Part shown: in pieces, positions 1 to 8,548 of the stretch | How the letters are laid out: every line of letters begins with the position of its first letter | Numbering within the stretch: the stretch's first letter is position 1 | Virus record (IMG/VR): IMGVR_UViG_3300010362_000025 | Span: 1-48,836 of that record | DNA length: 48,836 nt | Strand: one strand, 5' to 3' | DNA from: a virus | Taxonomy: Duplodnaviria; Caudoviricetes | Position numbers and translations under genes: made by a program | The notes under the pieces: generated by a model | The model's input: the letters and a program-made list of their open reading frames with translations, nothing else | Database searches by the model: none | Told to the model about the DNA's origin: nothing

Positions 1-291
1 CGGCGCAAGGCTGAGCGTGAGCGCATTAAGGCGCAACGCAGGGCCTACGAGGAAGCCCAACGCGCACGCGAGGAGCGAGCCCGCCAGTGGTACTACAACG
101 GTGGCTACCGCTCCATGAACAGCTCGCAGAGCTTCCCCGCCGAGGACAAGCAGATGGCGCTAGAGATCATCAACGCAGGCTACCGCGCCATGTCTCGCAA
201 GCACCACCCGGATGCGGGTGGATCGCACGAGCAGATGGTGGCCCTCAACCGCGCTCTTGACAAGCTTCGCCTTGTCGTGAGCGGGAGCTAG
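1..291 (+). CDS. J-domain (DnaJ-like) protein, 5' truncated
   Basis: Frame 1 is open from base 1 to TAG at 289-291 (not in ORF track). It ends ...AGYRAMSRKHHPDAGGSHEQMVALNRALDKL, i.e. helix II-HPD-helix III of a J-domain, preceded by a charged coiled-coil. Confidence 0.8.
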   Translation, partial: RRKAERERIKAQRRAYEEAQRAREERARQWYYNGGYRSMNSSQSFPAEDKQMALEIINAGYRAMSRKHHPDAGGSHEQMVALNRALDKLRLVVSGS

Positions 292-343
292 CCATGTGGA
301 CCTGGCTGATGATCTGGTCCCGTAGGCGACGGAGGAATCACAA

Positions 344-766
344 GTGACCCACCTCGGACTGCACCACAACACCAAGAACCACTGCGGTGCCACCGGCCCC
401 ATCTGCTACAAAGATGGCGATGCCTGGTCGGTCAACGTCATCGGCGACGAGCCCTGCGACTGGCGCTACAAGCTCCAGCCCAGGGACAGCAAGTGCCCCG
501 AGTGCGATAGGCACATGCGGATCGCTCGCGACTTCAACATGATCATGCACCCGAACAACTGGCCCAAGTGGCCACTCCTGCCCATGAAGCGCCACGGTGA
601 CCGCACTCCTAGCTGTGGCGTGATCGTCGGTGACCCCAGCAAGTTCGGCACCGTCTGCTTCCTACCTGGGGCGTACATCTTCCGTATGCCGGAGGACACC
701 CAGACCCGCGAGACGCAGATCGTCCCCGCGCTCCAACTGCTCGAGGATGGTTGGCAGGTCGACTGA
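344..766 (+). CDS. hypothetical protein, Cys/His-rich
   Basis: GGAGGA RBS before GTG; TGATG coupling to next gene. Confidence 0.7.
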   Translation: MTHLGLHHNTKNHCGATGPICYKDGDAWSVNVIGDEPCDWRYKLQPRDSKCPECDRHMRIARDFNMIMHPNNWPKWPLLPMKRHGDRTPSCGVIVGDPSKFGTVCFLPGAYIFRMPEDTQTRETQIVPALQLLEDGWQVD

Positions 767-1299
767 TGGCAACCAACTTCACATGGTCGGCCGAGGCCCC
801 ACGGGCCAAGGCTGCCAAGACGCCGTCTGGCAAGACCCGGGGGAGCAATCCCCCGGGTGCCCGGACCCGCAACGAGCCGCCCCGCGTCGTGCCCAAGGAG
901 CCGTACCGCGAGGAGCTACCTGGCTTCAACTACCGCAAGCGCACAGCGGTGCCCAAGCCCGACTCACTCGAACTTCGCAAGGCCGTGGCACAGGCCACGC
1001 TGGACATCGCTAACGCACACGACGCGTACCTCAAGGCATTCAAGGCCTTCGAGGAGCTCGGCCCTCTGCCAGACTCGATCATCGGTGATCTACCACGGAC
1101 CATGCTCCGCCGGATGAAACTCTTCAAGACCAGCAAGCCTCAGCCGGCCAAGCCGCCCTACCGAGTCCTGCGCAGGGTCGAGAGCGAGACCCACTCAGGC
1201 AGGATCTACGAGATCCGCGAGAACAACTTCGGGCAGATCTACTGCACCTGCCCCAGCCGCAAGCAGCCTTGCAAGCACCTGCGCCCGGAGGAGAAGTAG
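766..1299 (+). CDS. SWIM zinc-finger protein
   Basis: C-terminal YEIR...YCTCPSRKQPCKHL matches the SWIM CxC-x(n)-CxH pattern. Confidence 0.7.
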   Translation: MATNFTWSAEAPRAKAAKTPSGKTRGSNPPGARTRNEPPRVVPKEPYREELPGFNYRKRTAVPKPDSLELRKAVAQATLDIANAHDAYLKAFKAFEELGPLPDSIIGDLPRTMLRRMKLFKTSKPQPAKPPYRVLRRVESETHSGRIYEIRENNFGQIYCTCPSRKQPCKHLRPEEK

Positions 1300-1485
1300 A
1301 TGGACTTCCTGCTCACCGTCAACGACAAGGTGTGCCACGTCATCGCGGATGGCGTGGAGGTCTGGATCAGGCCCGAGGATAACCTCATCGTGATCAAGAC
1401 CGAGGGCGATCGGCTGCTCGCCACCAAGCACGAGGCGTGGGTCGACCACCTCACGGTCGACGTCAGCCCCCGGCTGGAGGACTGA
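1300..1485 (+). CDS. hypothetical protein
   Basis: Abuts previous stop; GGAGGAG RBS. Confidence 0.65.
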   Translation: MDFLLTVNDKVCHVIADGVEVWIRPEDNLIVIKTEGDRLLATKHEAWVDHLTVDVSPRLED

Positions 1486-1667
1486 TGAAAATCATCAACT
1501 ACTGTGAGTGTGAGCACATCTCACACATGGACAACAACGAGGGCCACCCGTACGGTGCCCGCGCTGAGGTCAAGCCCGTGAGGCTACGGGACATGGGCAT
1601 CTGGGTCATCTGCGAGCACTGCAAGACCCACTGCCACAAGGACAACGTGGAGGTGAAGAGCGCATGA
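1485..1667 (+). CDS. small zinc-binding hypothetical protein
   Basis: GGAGGA RBS; CxCxH and CxxC motifs; TGATG coupling. Confidence 0.6.
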   Translation: MKIINYCECEHISHMDNNEGHPYGARAEVKPVRLRDMGIWVICEHCKTHCHKDNVEVKSA

Positions 1668-1918
1668 CACTCAAGCAGTCCATCCTCGCCGCAGTTGAGA
1701 TGGCCCTCGACGCTGTGCCCGACGGCCATCGCGCCATCGGCTTCGCAGTCCAGGTTCTCAGCGTGCCCAACTGCGGCGAGGGCAACTCGTACATCGCCGC
1801 CACGCATCTCATGCACGAGGACTACGAGCCGCAGATGGGCGACATGCTCAGCGACTTCGTGGACGCCCTCAAGGGCGAGATCAACAAGATCGACCACACC
1901 AAGGAGGTAGGTCACTAA
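1664..1918 (+). CDS. hypothetical protein
   Basis: ATGA overlap with upstream gene; GGAGG RBS. Confidence 0.65.
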   Translation: MTLKQSILAAVEMALDAVPDGHRAIGFAVQVLSVPNCGEGNSYIAATHLMHEDYEPQMGDMLSDFVDALKGEINKIDHTKEVGH

Positions 1919-2226
1919 TGATGACCAGGGACGAGCGCGAGGCGCTCGAGAAAGGAATACTGATGCTAACGTGTCCACGATGCGAGGAGAAGGTCAACCG
2001 CCTGCTCCCAGACAAGAATGGGGAACTGGTCTGCGATGAGTGCGACCTCAAGACCATCCATGCCCACATCAGGGGCATGCCGATCGGTGTCTGGTTGGTG
2101 CCTGCGCAGATCGCTGCACTCGCCGCCGCGGCGGAGTTCATCATCGACAACGGCGGGTTCCCCGACAACGAGGAGCTCACGGAGCACCTGCGCAACGCCC
2201 TGCGGGTCCTCGACGAGGGTAAGTAG
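1918..2226 (+). CDS. zinc-finger hypothetical protein
   Basis: AAGGAGG RBS; CPRC...CDEC. Confidence 0.65.
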   Translation: MMTRDEREALEKGILMLTCPRCEEKVNRLLPDKNGELVCDECDLKTIHAHIRGMPIGVWLVPAQIAALAAAAEFIIDNGGFPDNEELTEHLRNALRVLDEGK

Positions 2227-2393
2227 ATGACGTTCCTCATCGGACTACCCATGATCCTGTTCTTCATCCTGCTACTGCTGTGGGTGTTCCTAGACCAGTG
2301 ATTGTGCCCCCAGTGGCTCGGGCCGCCGAGCCACTCAAGGTGCAATCCCGCACCCAGGGTTGCAGCGCAACCCATAACCGAAAGGAGTTCGCA

Positions 2394-2657
2394 GTGCAGA
2401 TCAACATCAAGAAGCTCAAGGAGAAGGGAATCACGGTCCGGTTGATCGACGAGTTCGGCACGCAGCCCAAGGGCCTCCAGGGCATCACGCAGATCGAGGT
2501 ATTCCCCGAGAATGGCAGGCCGCTCCCCGACGAGGTTCTCGCCGGCATCCGCAAGCTCCTGAGCAACCAGGAGTACGCCGACGCCCTTCTCGAGGGCTTG
2601 GTCCACAGGGTCCAGACCTTCCAGATCCTCGAGGCGATCGAGAGCACGGAGGACTGA
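2394..2657 (+). CDS. hypothetical protein
   Basis: AAAGGAG RBS before GTG at 2394; high GC3. Confidence 0.65.
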   Translation: MQINIKKLKEKGITVRLIDEFGTQPKGLQGITQIEVFPENGRPLPDEVLAGIRKLLSNQEYADALLEGLVHRVQTFQILEAIESTED

Positions 2658-2771
2658 CTTGAAGCCGAAGCAGCCCAAGCGGAAGCCTCCGAAGCCAGCG
2701 CCCCTTCCCGCGTGGCTACAGGCTCTCCGGAACCGCAACCTCGCAACACTGTGTGGAGGCACAAAGTGACC

Positions 2772-2951
2772 ATGCAATTCGAGGTCATCAAAAATAACAG
2801 CAGGCTGATCGTCACGGTCCACGATGGTATCCTCGTCGCGGCCGAGTCACCAACGCATCCCTGCTATCGCTCGATGTCCATCGGGCAGCCGTGGGCCGAG
2901 GTCCGCAAGCTGTTCGAGGCCGAGGGATTCCTCATCCACCATGGCAATTGA
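2772..2951 (+). CDS. hypothetical protein
   Basis: ORF in early gene chain; start uncertain. Confidence 0.5.
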   Translation: MQFEVIKNNSRLIVTVHDGILVAAESPTHPCYRSMSIGQPWAEVRKLFEAEGFLIHHGN

Positions 2952-3102
2952 GAAGTGCAAGAAGTGCGGGCAGACGCAAGACATCTGCCTGGTCACGATC
3001 GAGAACGTGGGCATAGTGCATCTGTGCCAGACGTGCCTTGACAAGTTTCTCAAAGCCGCAATCGAGGCCTTCGAGGCCGTGAGAAAGGAGCAGCAGAAGT
3101 GA
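2941..3102 (+). CDS. small zinc-finger protein
   Basis: CKKC...CQTC; coupled to next gene. Confidence 0.55.
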   Translation: MAIEKCKKCGQTQDICLVTIENVGIVHLCQTCLDKFLKAAIEAFEAVRKEQQK

Positions 3103-3260
3103 CCATTATCTTCGAGAAGGAGCGCGACACCAAGAACACGGTGCGCTTCACAGAGAAGCCGGCAGCCGACGAGGCACCGGTGATCGGAACCCTGTACGTC
3201 CAGAAGTGGTTCGCCAAGGGCGCCACGACCCTAGAGGTCACGATCGAGACGAAGGACTAG
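3099..3260 (+). CDS. small hypothetical protein (53 aa)
   Basis: AAAGGAG RBS, GTGA overlap; MTIIFEKERDTKNTVRFTEKP...IGTLYVQKWF; below ORF-track cutoff. Confidence 0.65.
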   Translation: MTIIFEKERDTKNTVRFTEKPAADEAPVIGTLYVQKWFAKGATTLEVTIETKD

Positions 3261-3268
3261 CAACGCGA

Positions 3269-3342
3269 GCCGGTGTAGCTCAGTGGTAGAGCACATGATT
3301 CGTAATCATGAGACCGGGGTTCGATTCCCCGCACCGGCTCCA
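3269..3342 (+). tRNA. tRNA-Thr (anticodon CGT)
   Basis: Acceptor GCCGGTG/CACCGGC; D-arm GCTC-AGTGGTA-GAGC; anticodon arm CATGA-TTCGTAA-TCATG; T-arm CGGGG-TTCGATT-CCCCG; encoded CCA. Confidence 0.95.
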
Positions 3343-3353
3343 AAGGAGAGACT

Positions 3354-3656
3354 ATGAAGCTCAAGCTCAAGCTCCTCGCCGAAACCCGGGTGCCCGCCAC
3401 CTGCGAGTTCGTTGTGGAGTGCCCCGACGAGTTCAAGACGCCCCAGGCAGCGGCAGCGTGGGCGGGCAATAACCTGACGGAACTACTCAACCAGGCCGAC
3501 AAGGACTATGAGGAGAAGCACAGCGCGTACGTCCGGAGCGGCTACACCATCAAGTGCCCCGACCGCCCGTACTACTGGTCGGTAGATGACGACGACGTGT
3601 GGAACAACGTGAGCAACGCCGGCGTCGAGCTGGACGAATGGGAGGAAGTGAAGTGA
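3354..3656 (+). CDS. hypothetical protein
   Basis: AAAGGAG RBS directly after tRNA CCA. Confidence 0.7.
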   Translation: MKLKLKLLAETRVPATCEFVVECPDEFKTPQAAAAWAGNNLTELLNQADKDYEEKHSAYVRSGYTIKCPDRPYYWSVDDDDVWNNVSNAGVELDEWEEVK

Positions 3657-3886
3657 GCAAGCTCAGCGCACCGAAGAAGGCGCGGCCTCCCGTGACCTTC
3701 GAGACGACACCTGGTAGCAAGAGCTTCCAGGGCATCTGCCACGATATGTACAAGGCATTCGGTGGCTGCTACAACAACCTGAAGGTCCTGGCCCACACGG
3801 AGGCTGAGCGCCAGGTCCTGGTGGCACAACTACACGAGCTGCGCAGCGATGTCCGTGAGTGGCTCGAGAAAGCACGAGGTACATGA
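3653..3886 (+). CDS. hypothetical protein
   Basis: GTGA overlap; GGAGGA RBS. Confidence 0.6.
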   Translation: MSKLSAPKKARPPVTFETTPGSKSFQGICHDMYKAFGGCYNNLKVLAHTEAERQVLVAQLHELRSDVREWLEKARGT

Positions 3887-4089
3887 ACCTAGAACAGTTC
3901 GAGACCTGGCTGCAGGGCCTCCCGCTCCAGGTGACCTACGGACGGGTGGACGGTGCGTTCGTGTACCGCCTATTCTACACTGGCCCGACGTACAACGTCG
4001 AGCTCTTCCGCGACAAGGACCCCGCCAAGGTCAAGGTGTTCATCAAGGGGTTCCAAGCAGCGACAGAGGTAGCTAAGAAAACGACTTAA
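3883..4089 (+). CDS. hypothetical protein
   Basis: ATGA overlap; GAGG RBS. Confidence 0.65.
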   Translation: MNLEQFETWLQGLPLQVTYGRVDGAFVYRLFYTGPTYNVELFRDKDPAKVKVFIKGFQAATEVAKKTT

Positions 4090-4096
4090 CAGCCCG

Positions 4097-4125
4097 GTTG
4101 GCTGTTCAACCATTGAACAGCCAAC
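4097..4125. promoter_or_regulatory. 13-bp perfect inverted repeat containing TTCAAT-N3-TGAA box (site 1, 4105-4117)
   Basis: GTTGGCTGTTCAA-CCA-TTGAACAGCCAAC, intergenic. Confidence 0.7.
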
Positions 4126-4186
4126 TAAGGTGTCAAGTCGGCACCCACCGGGCACAGCGCCCGGAGTAGCCAACCAGGAAAGGACG

Positions 4187-4348
4187 ATGAAAGACACGAT
4201 GCCATCAAACAAACGAACGCTCTCCAGAATCTCGGGCGTCCTCCGAGCCCGCAATCGGGGGGATATCACCGGTGCTGAAGCACTCAGTGCCATCGCACGG
4301 ATCGTTCGCGAGGAGGCTGCGGCCGAGGCAAGGAGGACAGCGGCGTGA
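4187..4348 (+). CDS. small basic hypothetical protein
   Basis: GAAAGGA RBS; GTGA overlap downstream. Confidence 0.55.
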   Translation: MKDTMPSNKRTLSRISGVLRARNRGDITGAEALSAIARIVREEAAAEARRTAA

Positions 4349-4725
4349 AGTACGAACTGTACATGGAGTGCCGGGCGGGGACCCGCCACGCTCCACGTAC
4401 TCAGTTGATCATAGTGCTCCCGAACGGAACGTTCCAGCTCCAGCGGGTCTGTGCCCAGTGCAAGACGCAGATCCCGCAGACGTGGAACGGGCGGGGCGCT
4501 ATCCTCAAGCGTAACTACAAACACAGCCCAGAGTATCGGGCATTCATCAACGATCACGACCCAGCAGAGGCGCGAGTCGCCATACTGGGCTCGGATATCA
4601 GAAAGGTACAGGCCCCCCGTGGCGGAACGAACAATCCTAGTGTGCGACAAGTGCCCGGAGCCAAAGCCAAACGCGGTCGCAAGCCTGGTTCTCAGCAACG
4701 GCCACGTGACAAGAGGCGCGCTTAA
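4345..4725 (+). CDS. hypothetical protein, putative Zn-binding, basic tail
   Basis: AGGAGG RBS; C..H / CxxC. Confidence 0.6.
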   Translation: MKYELYMECRAGTRHAPRTQLIIVLPNGTFQLQRVCAQCKTQIPQTWNGRGAILKRNYKHSPEYRAFINDHDPAEARVAILGSDIRKVQAPRGGTNNPSVRQVPGAKAKRGRKPGSQQRPRDKRRA

Positions 4726-5017
4726 GATCGACCTCTGCGTCAAGCACAAGCGCGAGCTAGAGCGCTCCTTCAAACCTCGCAGCAAGCCGGGCCCCAAGCC
4801 CAAACGCCAGGAGCGTCTGGGTAAGGGCGAGATGGCCAAGCTACGCGAGAGGTTCGCGCGTCTAATCGCCAAGCATGCCAAGCTCTCGAACGAGACGGTC
4901 CGCGAGGCACTTGGCCTCGACACACGGGCAGCGACCAGGCTGCTCCGCGAGGGCGTGGCCAACAAGCAGCTCAAGCACGAGGGACGCAGCAAGAGCTCCG
5001 TCTTCACACGGGCATGA
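4619..5017 (+). CDS. putative DNA-binding protein (Lsr2-like/Zn-ribbon N-terminus plus winged HTH)
   Basis: GTG start after GAAAGG. N-terminal CDKC...KIDLCVKHKRELERSF; C-terminal LSNETVREALGLDTRAATRLLREGVANKQLKHEG resembles a wHTH. Confidence 0.55.
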   Translation: MAERTILVCDKCPEPKPNAVASLVLSNGHVTRGALKIDLCVKHKRELERSFKPRSKPGPKPKRQERLGKGEMAKLRERFARLIAKHAKLSNETVREALGLDTRAATRLLREGVANKQLKHEGRSKSSVFTRA

Positions 5018-5189
5018 AGATCCGTCAGACAGGCACCCACCGCAAGGGCATGAACGCTATCACCAACGAGGCGTTACTGAGGGCAGCGGCCGGCTCGGTC
5101 CGGTTCTATCTTCAGCGGCACTACCGCCCGCTACCCATGCCTAAGCGCCCGTTCGACAACTGCCCGATCTGCAAGGGGAAGGAGGGACG

Positions 5190-5432
5190 ATGAAGGGAGA
5201 CGATGATTTCGTCAAGCTCGGGGCAGCCCACGCAGCCGCGGGTATGCCCCGCTACAGGTTCCAGGAGCCTCACTTGCAGGCCCTGTACGACAAGGGCTAC
5301 GAGCTGCACGACCATCTGCTGGAACCTCCTCAGCCCGCTGTCATCCAGTGCCAGAACTGTAGCTACAGATACAGGCTGATCCCTCACGCAAAGCCTCAGT
5401 GCCCAGACTGTGGTTACCGTCCCCGATACTAG
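5190..5432 (+). CDS. zinc-ribbon hypothetical protein
   Basis: GGAGG RBS; CQNC...CPDCG. Confidence 0.55.
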   Translation: MKGDDDFVKLGAAHAAAGMPRYRFQEPHLQALYDKGYELHDHLLEPPQPAVIQCQNCSYRYRLIPHAKPQCPDCGYRPRY

Positions 5433-5433
5433 A

Positions 5434-5760
5434 ATGCCTCGCTCTCCAACAGAGTTGGACGTCGTGGAGCACCTGCTCCAGAATGCGGCTGGGGCGATCC
5501 GTGACATGAAGTGCGGGTCGCTCCAGCTGGAGCAACTCAAGACGGCGATCTACCACGACATCTGCCAGGGAATCACGAAGTGCGCGGACTATGCGTACGG
5601 CTACCTGCCAGATTGCAAACCACCTCCGGGTCCCACTCCGGGTCCCCGGTCCTCCCCTCACAGCCCTCCCCGGGGTGGGGGGGAGGGGCGGGGCAGCAAG
5701 AAGGCGGCCGGCTCACCTAAGGAGTGGAGCTTTGCCGCAGATTTGGATCTACTCAAATGA
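5434..5760 (+). CDS. hypothetical protein
   Basis: ORF in coupled chain. Confidence 0.5.
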   Translation: MPRSPTELDVVEHLLQNAAGAIRDMKCGSLQLEQLKTAIYHDICQGITKCADYAYGYLPDCKPPPGPTPGPRSSPHSPPRGGGEGRGSKKAAGSPKEWSFAADLDLLK

Positions 5761-6044
5761 CTGACTGGTTCGAGTACAGATCGAAGTGCTCGCTCTGTGG
5801 TTGGGACGGCCCCGACTCAGAGATCAAGGAGCACAAGCAGATGGGCTTCGCCAAGTTCTTCGGCGTTTGCCCTGGCTGCGGCAAGTGGAGAACCCGCGAT
5901 ATCGTTGCCATGGTCAACGCGGGTGCCGGCCGCTTCCGCCCGTCCTACGGGCACAAGTCATGTCTCGCGGGGTACGCTGTCCACGGCGCCTGCGGGAAGT
6001 GGCACAAACCGGGCACTGGGTGCCCGAACAAGCGAGGTGGGTGA
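5757..6044 (+). CDS. zinc-finger hypothetical protein
   Basis: ATGA overlap; CSLC...CPGC. Confidence 0.55.
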   Translation: MTDWFEYRSKCSLCGWDGPDSEIKEHKQMGFAKFFGVCPGCGKWRTRDIVAMVNAGAGRFRPSYGHKSCLAGYAVHGACGKWHKPGTGCPNKRGG

Positions 6045-6226
6045 TGGAATTCCCGAAGTGTCCGAGGTGCAATAGGTTCGTGATCGTTCCCTTGTCAGAC
6101 TACGGGAGCGACACCGGCGGGTCCGTCAAATACAAAGCGTGGGTCTGCCTGGATGAGAGGTGTGGCTGGACACTTCGCATCGACCGCGGCCAGATCAGCT
6201 TCACGCGAGACAAGGTGAAGCCCTGA
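6044..6226 (+). CDS. small zinc-ribbon protein
   Basis: GAGG RBS; CPRC...C.DERCG. Confidence 0.65.
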   Translation: MEFPKCPRCNRFVIVPLSDYGSDTGGSVKYKAWVCLDERCGWTLRIDRGQISFTRDKVKP

Positions 6227-6228
6227 GC

Positions 6229-6480
6229 ATGGGACTCTGGGTGTCTTTCGAGGTCGAGATTCATCTACGGGGCCGACCCCTGCTCGTGCAGGTACAGGAC
6301 CACTACATCCAAGACGGCGACGTAGACGAAGACGGCCAACTCCTAACCGACGAACTGGTCTTCACCTACAAGGTATTCGACCCCGAGGAGGAAGCTGAGA
6401 TCACCCAGATAACTACAGAGGAGCACGAACATATCTACAAAGCAATCATTGCGGACCTACAACAGATCTGTGCTGACTAA
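6229..6480 (+). CDS. acidic hypothetical protein
   Basis: AAGGTG RBS; follows previous stop. Confidence 0.6.
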   Translation: MGLWVSFEVEIHLRGRPLLVQVQDHYIQDGDVDEDGQLLTDELVFTYKVFDPEEEAEITQITTEEHEHIYKAIIADLQQICAD

Positions 6481-6519
6481 CAGTGCGTGGGGGGGCTTCG
6501 GCCCCCCACCGGGAGGCAC

Positions 6520-7035
6520 ATGGACGTTGCATCCGTCTATAGGCGGCAGGGTGTGATCCGCGAGATCTGCCGGCGGGTCGGCTACCAAGGCCGGTTCGTA
6601 TGGCTCATCTCTGCGCCCGAAGTCACCATCCGGGCTACCCACTTCTCGGGTACCTCCCGGCTCCGGTTCGTGATGGTCAACATCGCCCGGGAGCCGTACA
6701 AATACGTCCGGTTCGCAGCGCGCGAAGCAAAGCGCGTCAAGCTCGACTACGACACGGTGATCTGCGCCCTCCCTACGCTACGGGGCCGGCGCAGGGATCT
6801 GATGATCTTCATGCTCTGCAAGCGCTCGAGGGACAACCAGTGGTCTTACGCTAACAGCAACAAGCTCTCGCCTGAGGAAATCGCAGTGTGCCTCGGGCAA
6901 GATTCGTTTGATCCAGCTACGATGGCAGTCGCCCATGCAGTGTGCGTGTACAGGGATCTAGTAGACCCACGGGGCCGCATCACGCCCCGCGGTGCTGAAC
7001 TGTTGGACGGAAAGAAGCTGTATCGGAAGGTGTGA
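6520..7035 (+). CDS. hypothetical protein
   Basis: GGGAGG RBS after a CUUCGG-loop hairpin (about 6491-6506). Confidence 0.6.
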   Translation: MDVASVYRRQGVIREICRRVGYQGRFVWLISAPEVTIRATHFSGTSRLRFVMVNIAREPYKYVRFAAREAKRVKLDYDTVICALPTLRGRRRDLMIFMLCKRSRDNQWSYANSNKLSPEEIAVCLGQDSFDPATMAVAHAVCVYRDLVDPRGRITPRGAELLDGKKLYRKV

Positions 7036-7124
7036 GGGCGCCATGCGCCCGGCCGGCGCGGTAGCCGGTAGAAACGGTGAGTCTCAGCCGTCGACAAAGT
7101 GAGACATGATTAAACCCCACATAT

Positions 7125-7147
7125 CGCTTCACTGATTGAAGCGCCAA
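7125..7147. promoter_or_regulatory. TTCAAT-N3-TGAA box (site 2, 7128-7140) with GCCAA flank
   Basis: CGCTTCA-CTGAT-TGAAGCG, intergenic; near-identical 29-mer at 40109-40137. Confidence 0.7.
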
Positions 7148-7216
7148 CCGGCGCGGCGTCTTGCTGCGTCCAGCGGCTTGCTATGTGCCAAGGCGTGATT
7201 GCGCCTAGGAGTACCT

Positions 7217-7717
7217 ATGCCGAAAAGCGTCGACTGGTCCAAGCAGGTAGGTTTAGAGCTAGTCAAGGCAGGTTTCTTCGCCCTCGCAAAGAAGAACCAT
7301 CCCGATGCAGGTGGGTCGCATGAGAAGATGCTCGTCCTTACAGCAACAAAGGAGCACCTCGAGGGCATCTTGAATGGGACCAGGTATACCTACCAAGATC
7401 CACCCAAGGGTGGCCCCGAGTACACCTGGCACCGCAAGCCTGAGCCACCACCTAGGCGGCCCAAGCGCGAAGGGTTCAGCGAACCTCCTCGCCCGAAGAA
7501 CATGGTGAAGTACGCCTATGGATGGTGGATGATCGAGGACGTGGAGTGCATCAGGGATAGTGACAAAGCTATTCTAGTGCAGGTGCCAGGCGAGGACGAA
7601 CCTATCTGGTTCCCTAAGTCCCAACTACACAAGAGTGCTAGCCAGGTATTCGAGTACGGAGACATTGGAGACATCGTGTTTAGCGAGTGGATCGCTAAGC
7701 AGAAGGGCTGGTTGTGA
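7217..7717 (+). CDS. J-domain (DnaJ-like) protein with C-terminal beta domain
   Basis: AGFFALAKKNHPDAGGSHEKMLVL; C-terminal SDKAILVQV...IWFPKSQL; AGGAG RBS. Confidence 0.75.
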   Translation: MPKSVDWSKQVGLELVKAGFFALAKKNHPDAGGSHEKMLVLTATKEHLEGILNGTRYTYQDPPKGGPEYTWHRKPEPPPRRPKREGFSEPPRPKNMVKYAYGWWMIEDVECIRDSDKAILVQVPGEDEPIWFPKSQLHKSASQVFEYGDIGDIVFSEWIAKQKGWL

Positions 7718-8166
7718 GTAGAGGAGGTCCACAGAAGAATCCCAAGCTACAGGCGGCAATCGTGCGCTTCCGTGAGCTACGTTGTCTGTACGGGCACCTA
7801 CCGCGACGAGGTCGGACGCCAGAGATGCTGCGCCACTTCGAGGCCGCACAGGTAGAGATGTTCAACCTGGCCCAGCTTATATGCGAGATCGCTGCGCCAG
7901 CTACCCAGTACAGGCTCGAAGAAGTACGACGTGAGATCATCGAACAGATCCATCTGGCTATCAAGGTACCGACGGGTGCTCGCGTAGTAACGAAGCGTAT
8001 ACCCAACGACACGCTTACCTGGTCTGAGTTCCAACTCACTCCAGAGATAGCGGTTGATCCTTCGATCACCAACAACGCTGTGTTGTTCCCGCTGCTCCAT
8101 GAGCTCAAGCACCTCCTTCGAACACAGTGTGGCCTGGTGAACACGCTGACCCTTGGTAGATTGTAA
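7714..8166 (+). CDS. hypothetical protein
   Basis: GTGA overlap with J-domain gene. Confidence 0.55.
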   Translation: MSRGGPQKNPKLQAAIVRFRELRCLYGHLPRRGRTPEMLRHFEAAQVEMFNLAQLICEIAAPATQYRLEEVRREIIEQIHLAIKVPTGARVVTKRIPNDTLTWSEFQLTPEIAVDPSITNNAVLFPLLHELKHLLRTQCGLVNTLTLGRL

Positions 8167-8174
8167 ATTTGACA

Positions 8175-8191
8175 TTGGCACCTGGTTTGCT
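8175..8191 (+). promoter_or_regulatory. sigma54-type -24/-12 promoter; adjacent TTGACA at 8169-8174
   Basis: TTGGCAC-CTGGT-TTGCT, intergenic, about 60 bp upstream of 8255. Confidence 0.7.
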
Positions 8192-8254
8192 ATGACTACC
8201 AGGGGGCTTCCCCCCAACCGAACCGGCCTTTGAAAAGGCCAGAAAGAGGATTTC

Positions 8255-8548
8255 ATGGCATCCACTCTGACCGTCCCCGACAAGCACGAAGCAAAGGTCA
8301 AGTCCGTCACCCTCAAGGTCAGCACCGGCAAGGGCGACGACAAGTCCGAGCAGGACTTCCAGGCGGACCTCCCCGCCTCCATCGAGGACGCGGTCGCGCT
8401 CCTCGGCGCGAAGGCAGTCTTCCGGCGCTTCATCAACGCTCACGTCGTGTACCTCCAGGGCGTCGAGCGCGCGAAGCTCCAGAAGGAGACCGAGACCGAG
8501 CCCCGCGAGCGCAAGCGCGCCCAGTACCTCGAGTCCCTCGGCCTGTGA
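8255..8548 (+). CDS. hypothetical protein, likely highly expressed
   Basis: AGAGGA RBS; strongly biased codon usage; first gene after the sigma54 motif. Confidence 0.75.
   Translation: MASTLTVPDKHEAKVKSVTLKVSTGKGDDKSEQDFQADLPASIEDAVALLGAKAVFRRFINAHVVYLQGVERAKLQKETETEPRERKRAQYLESLGL

Noticed and set aside
1881-5040. Long minus-strand ORFs (1881-2822, 3970-5040) and other antisense ORFs in the track
   Set aside because: Shadow ORFs of high-GC coding sequence, with no RBS or motifs, overlapping well-supported opposite-strand genes.
7150-7165. Possible fourth sigma54 promoter upstream of the J-domain gene
   Set aside because: GG-to-GC spacing is 11 rather than the required 10.
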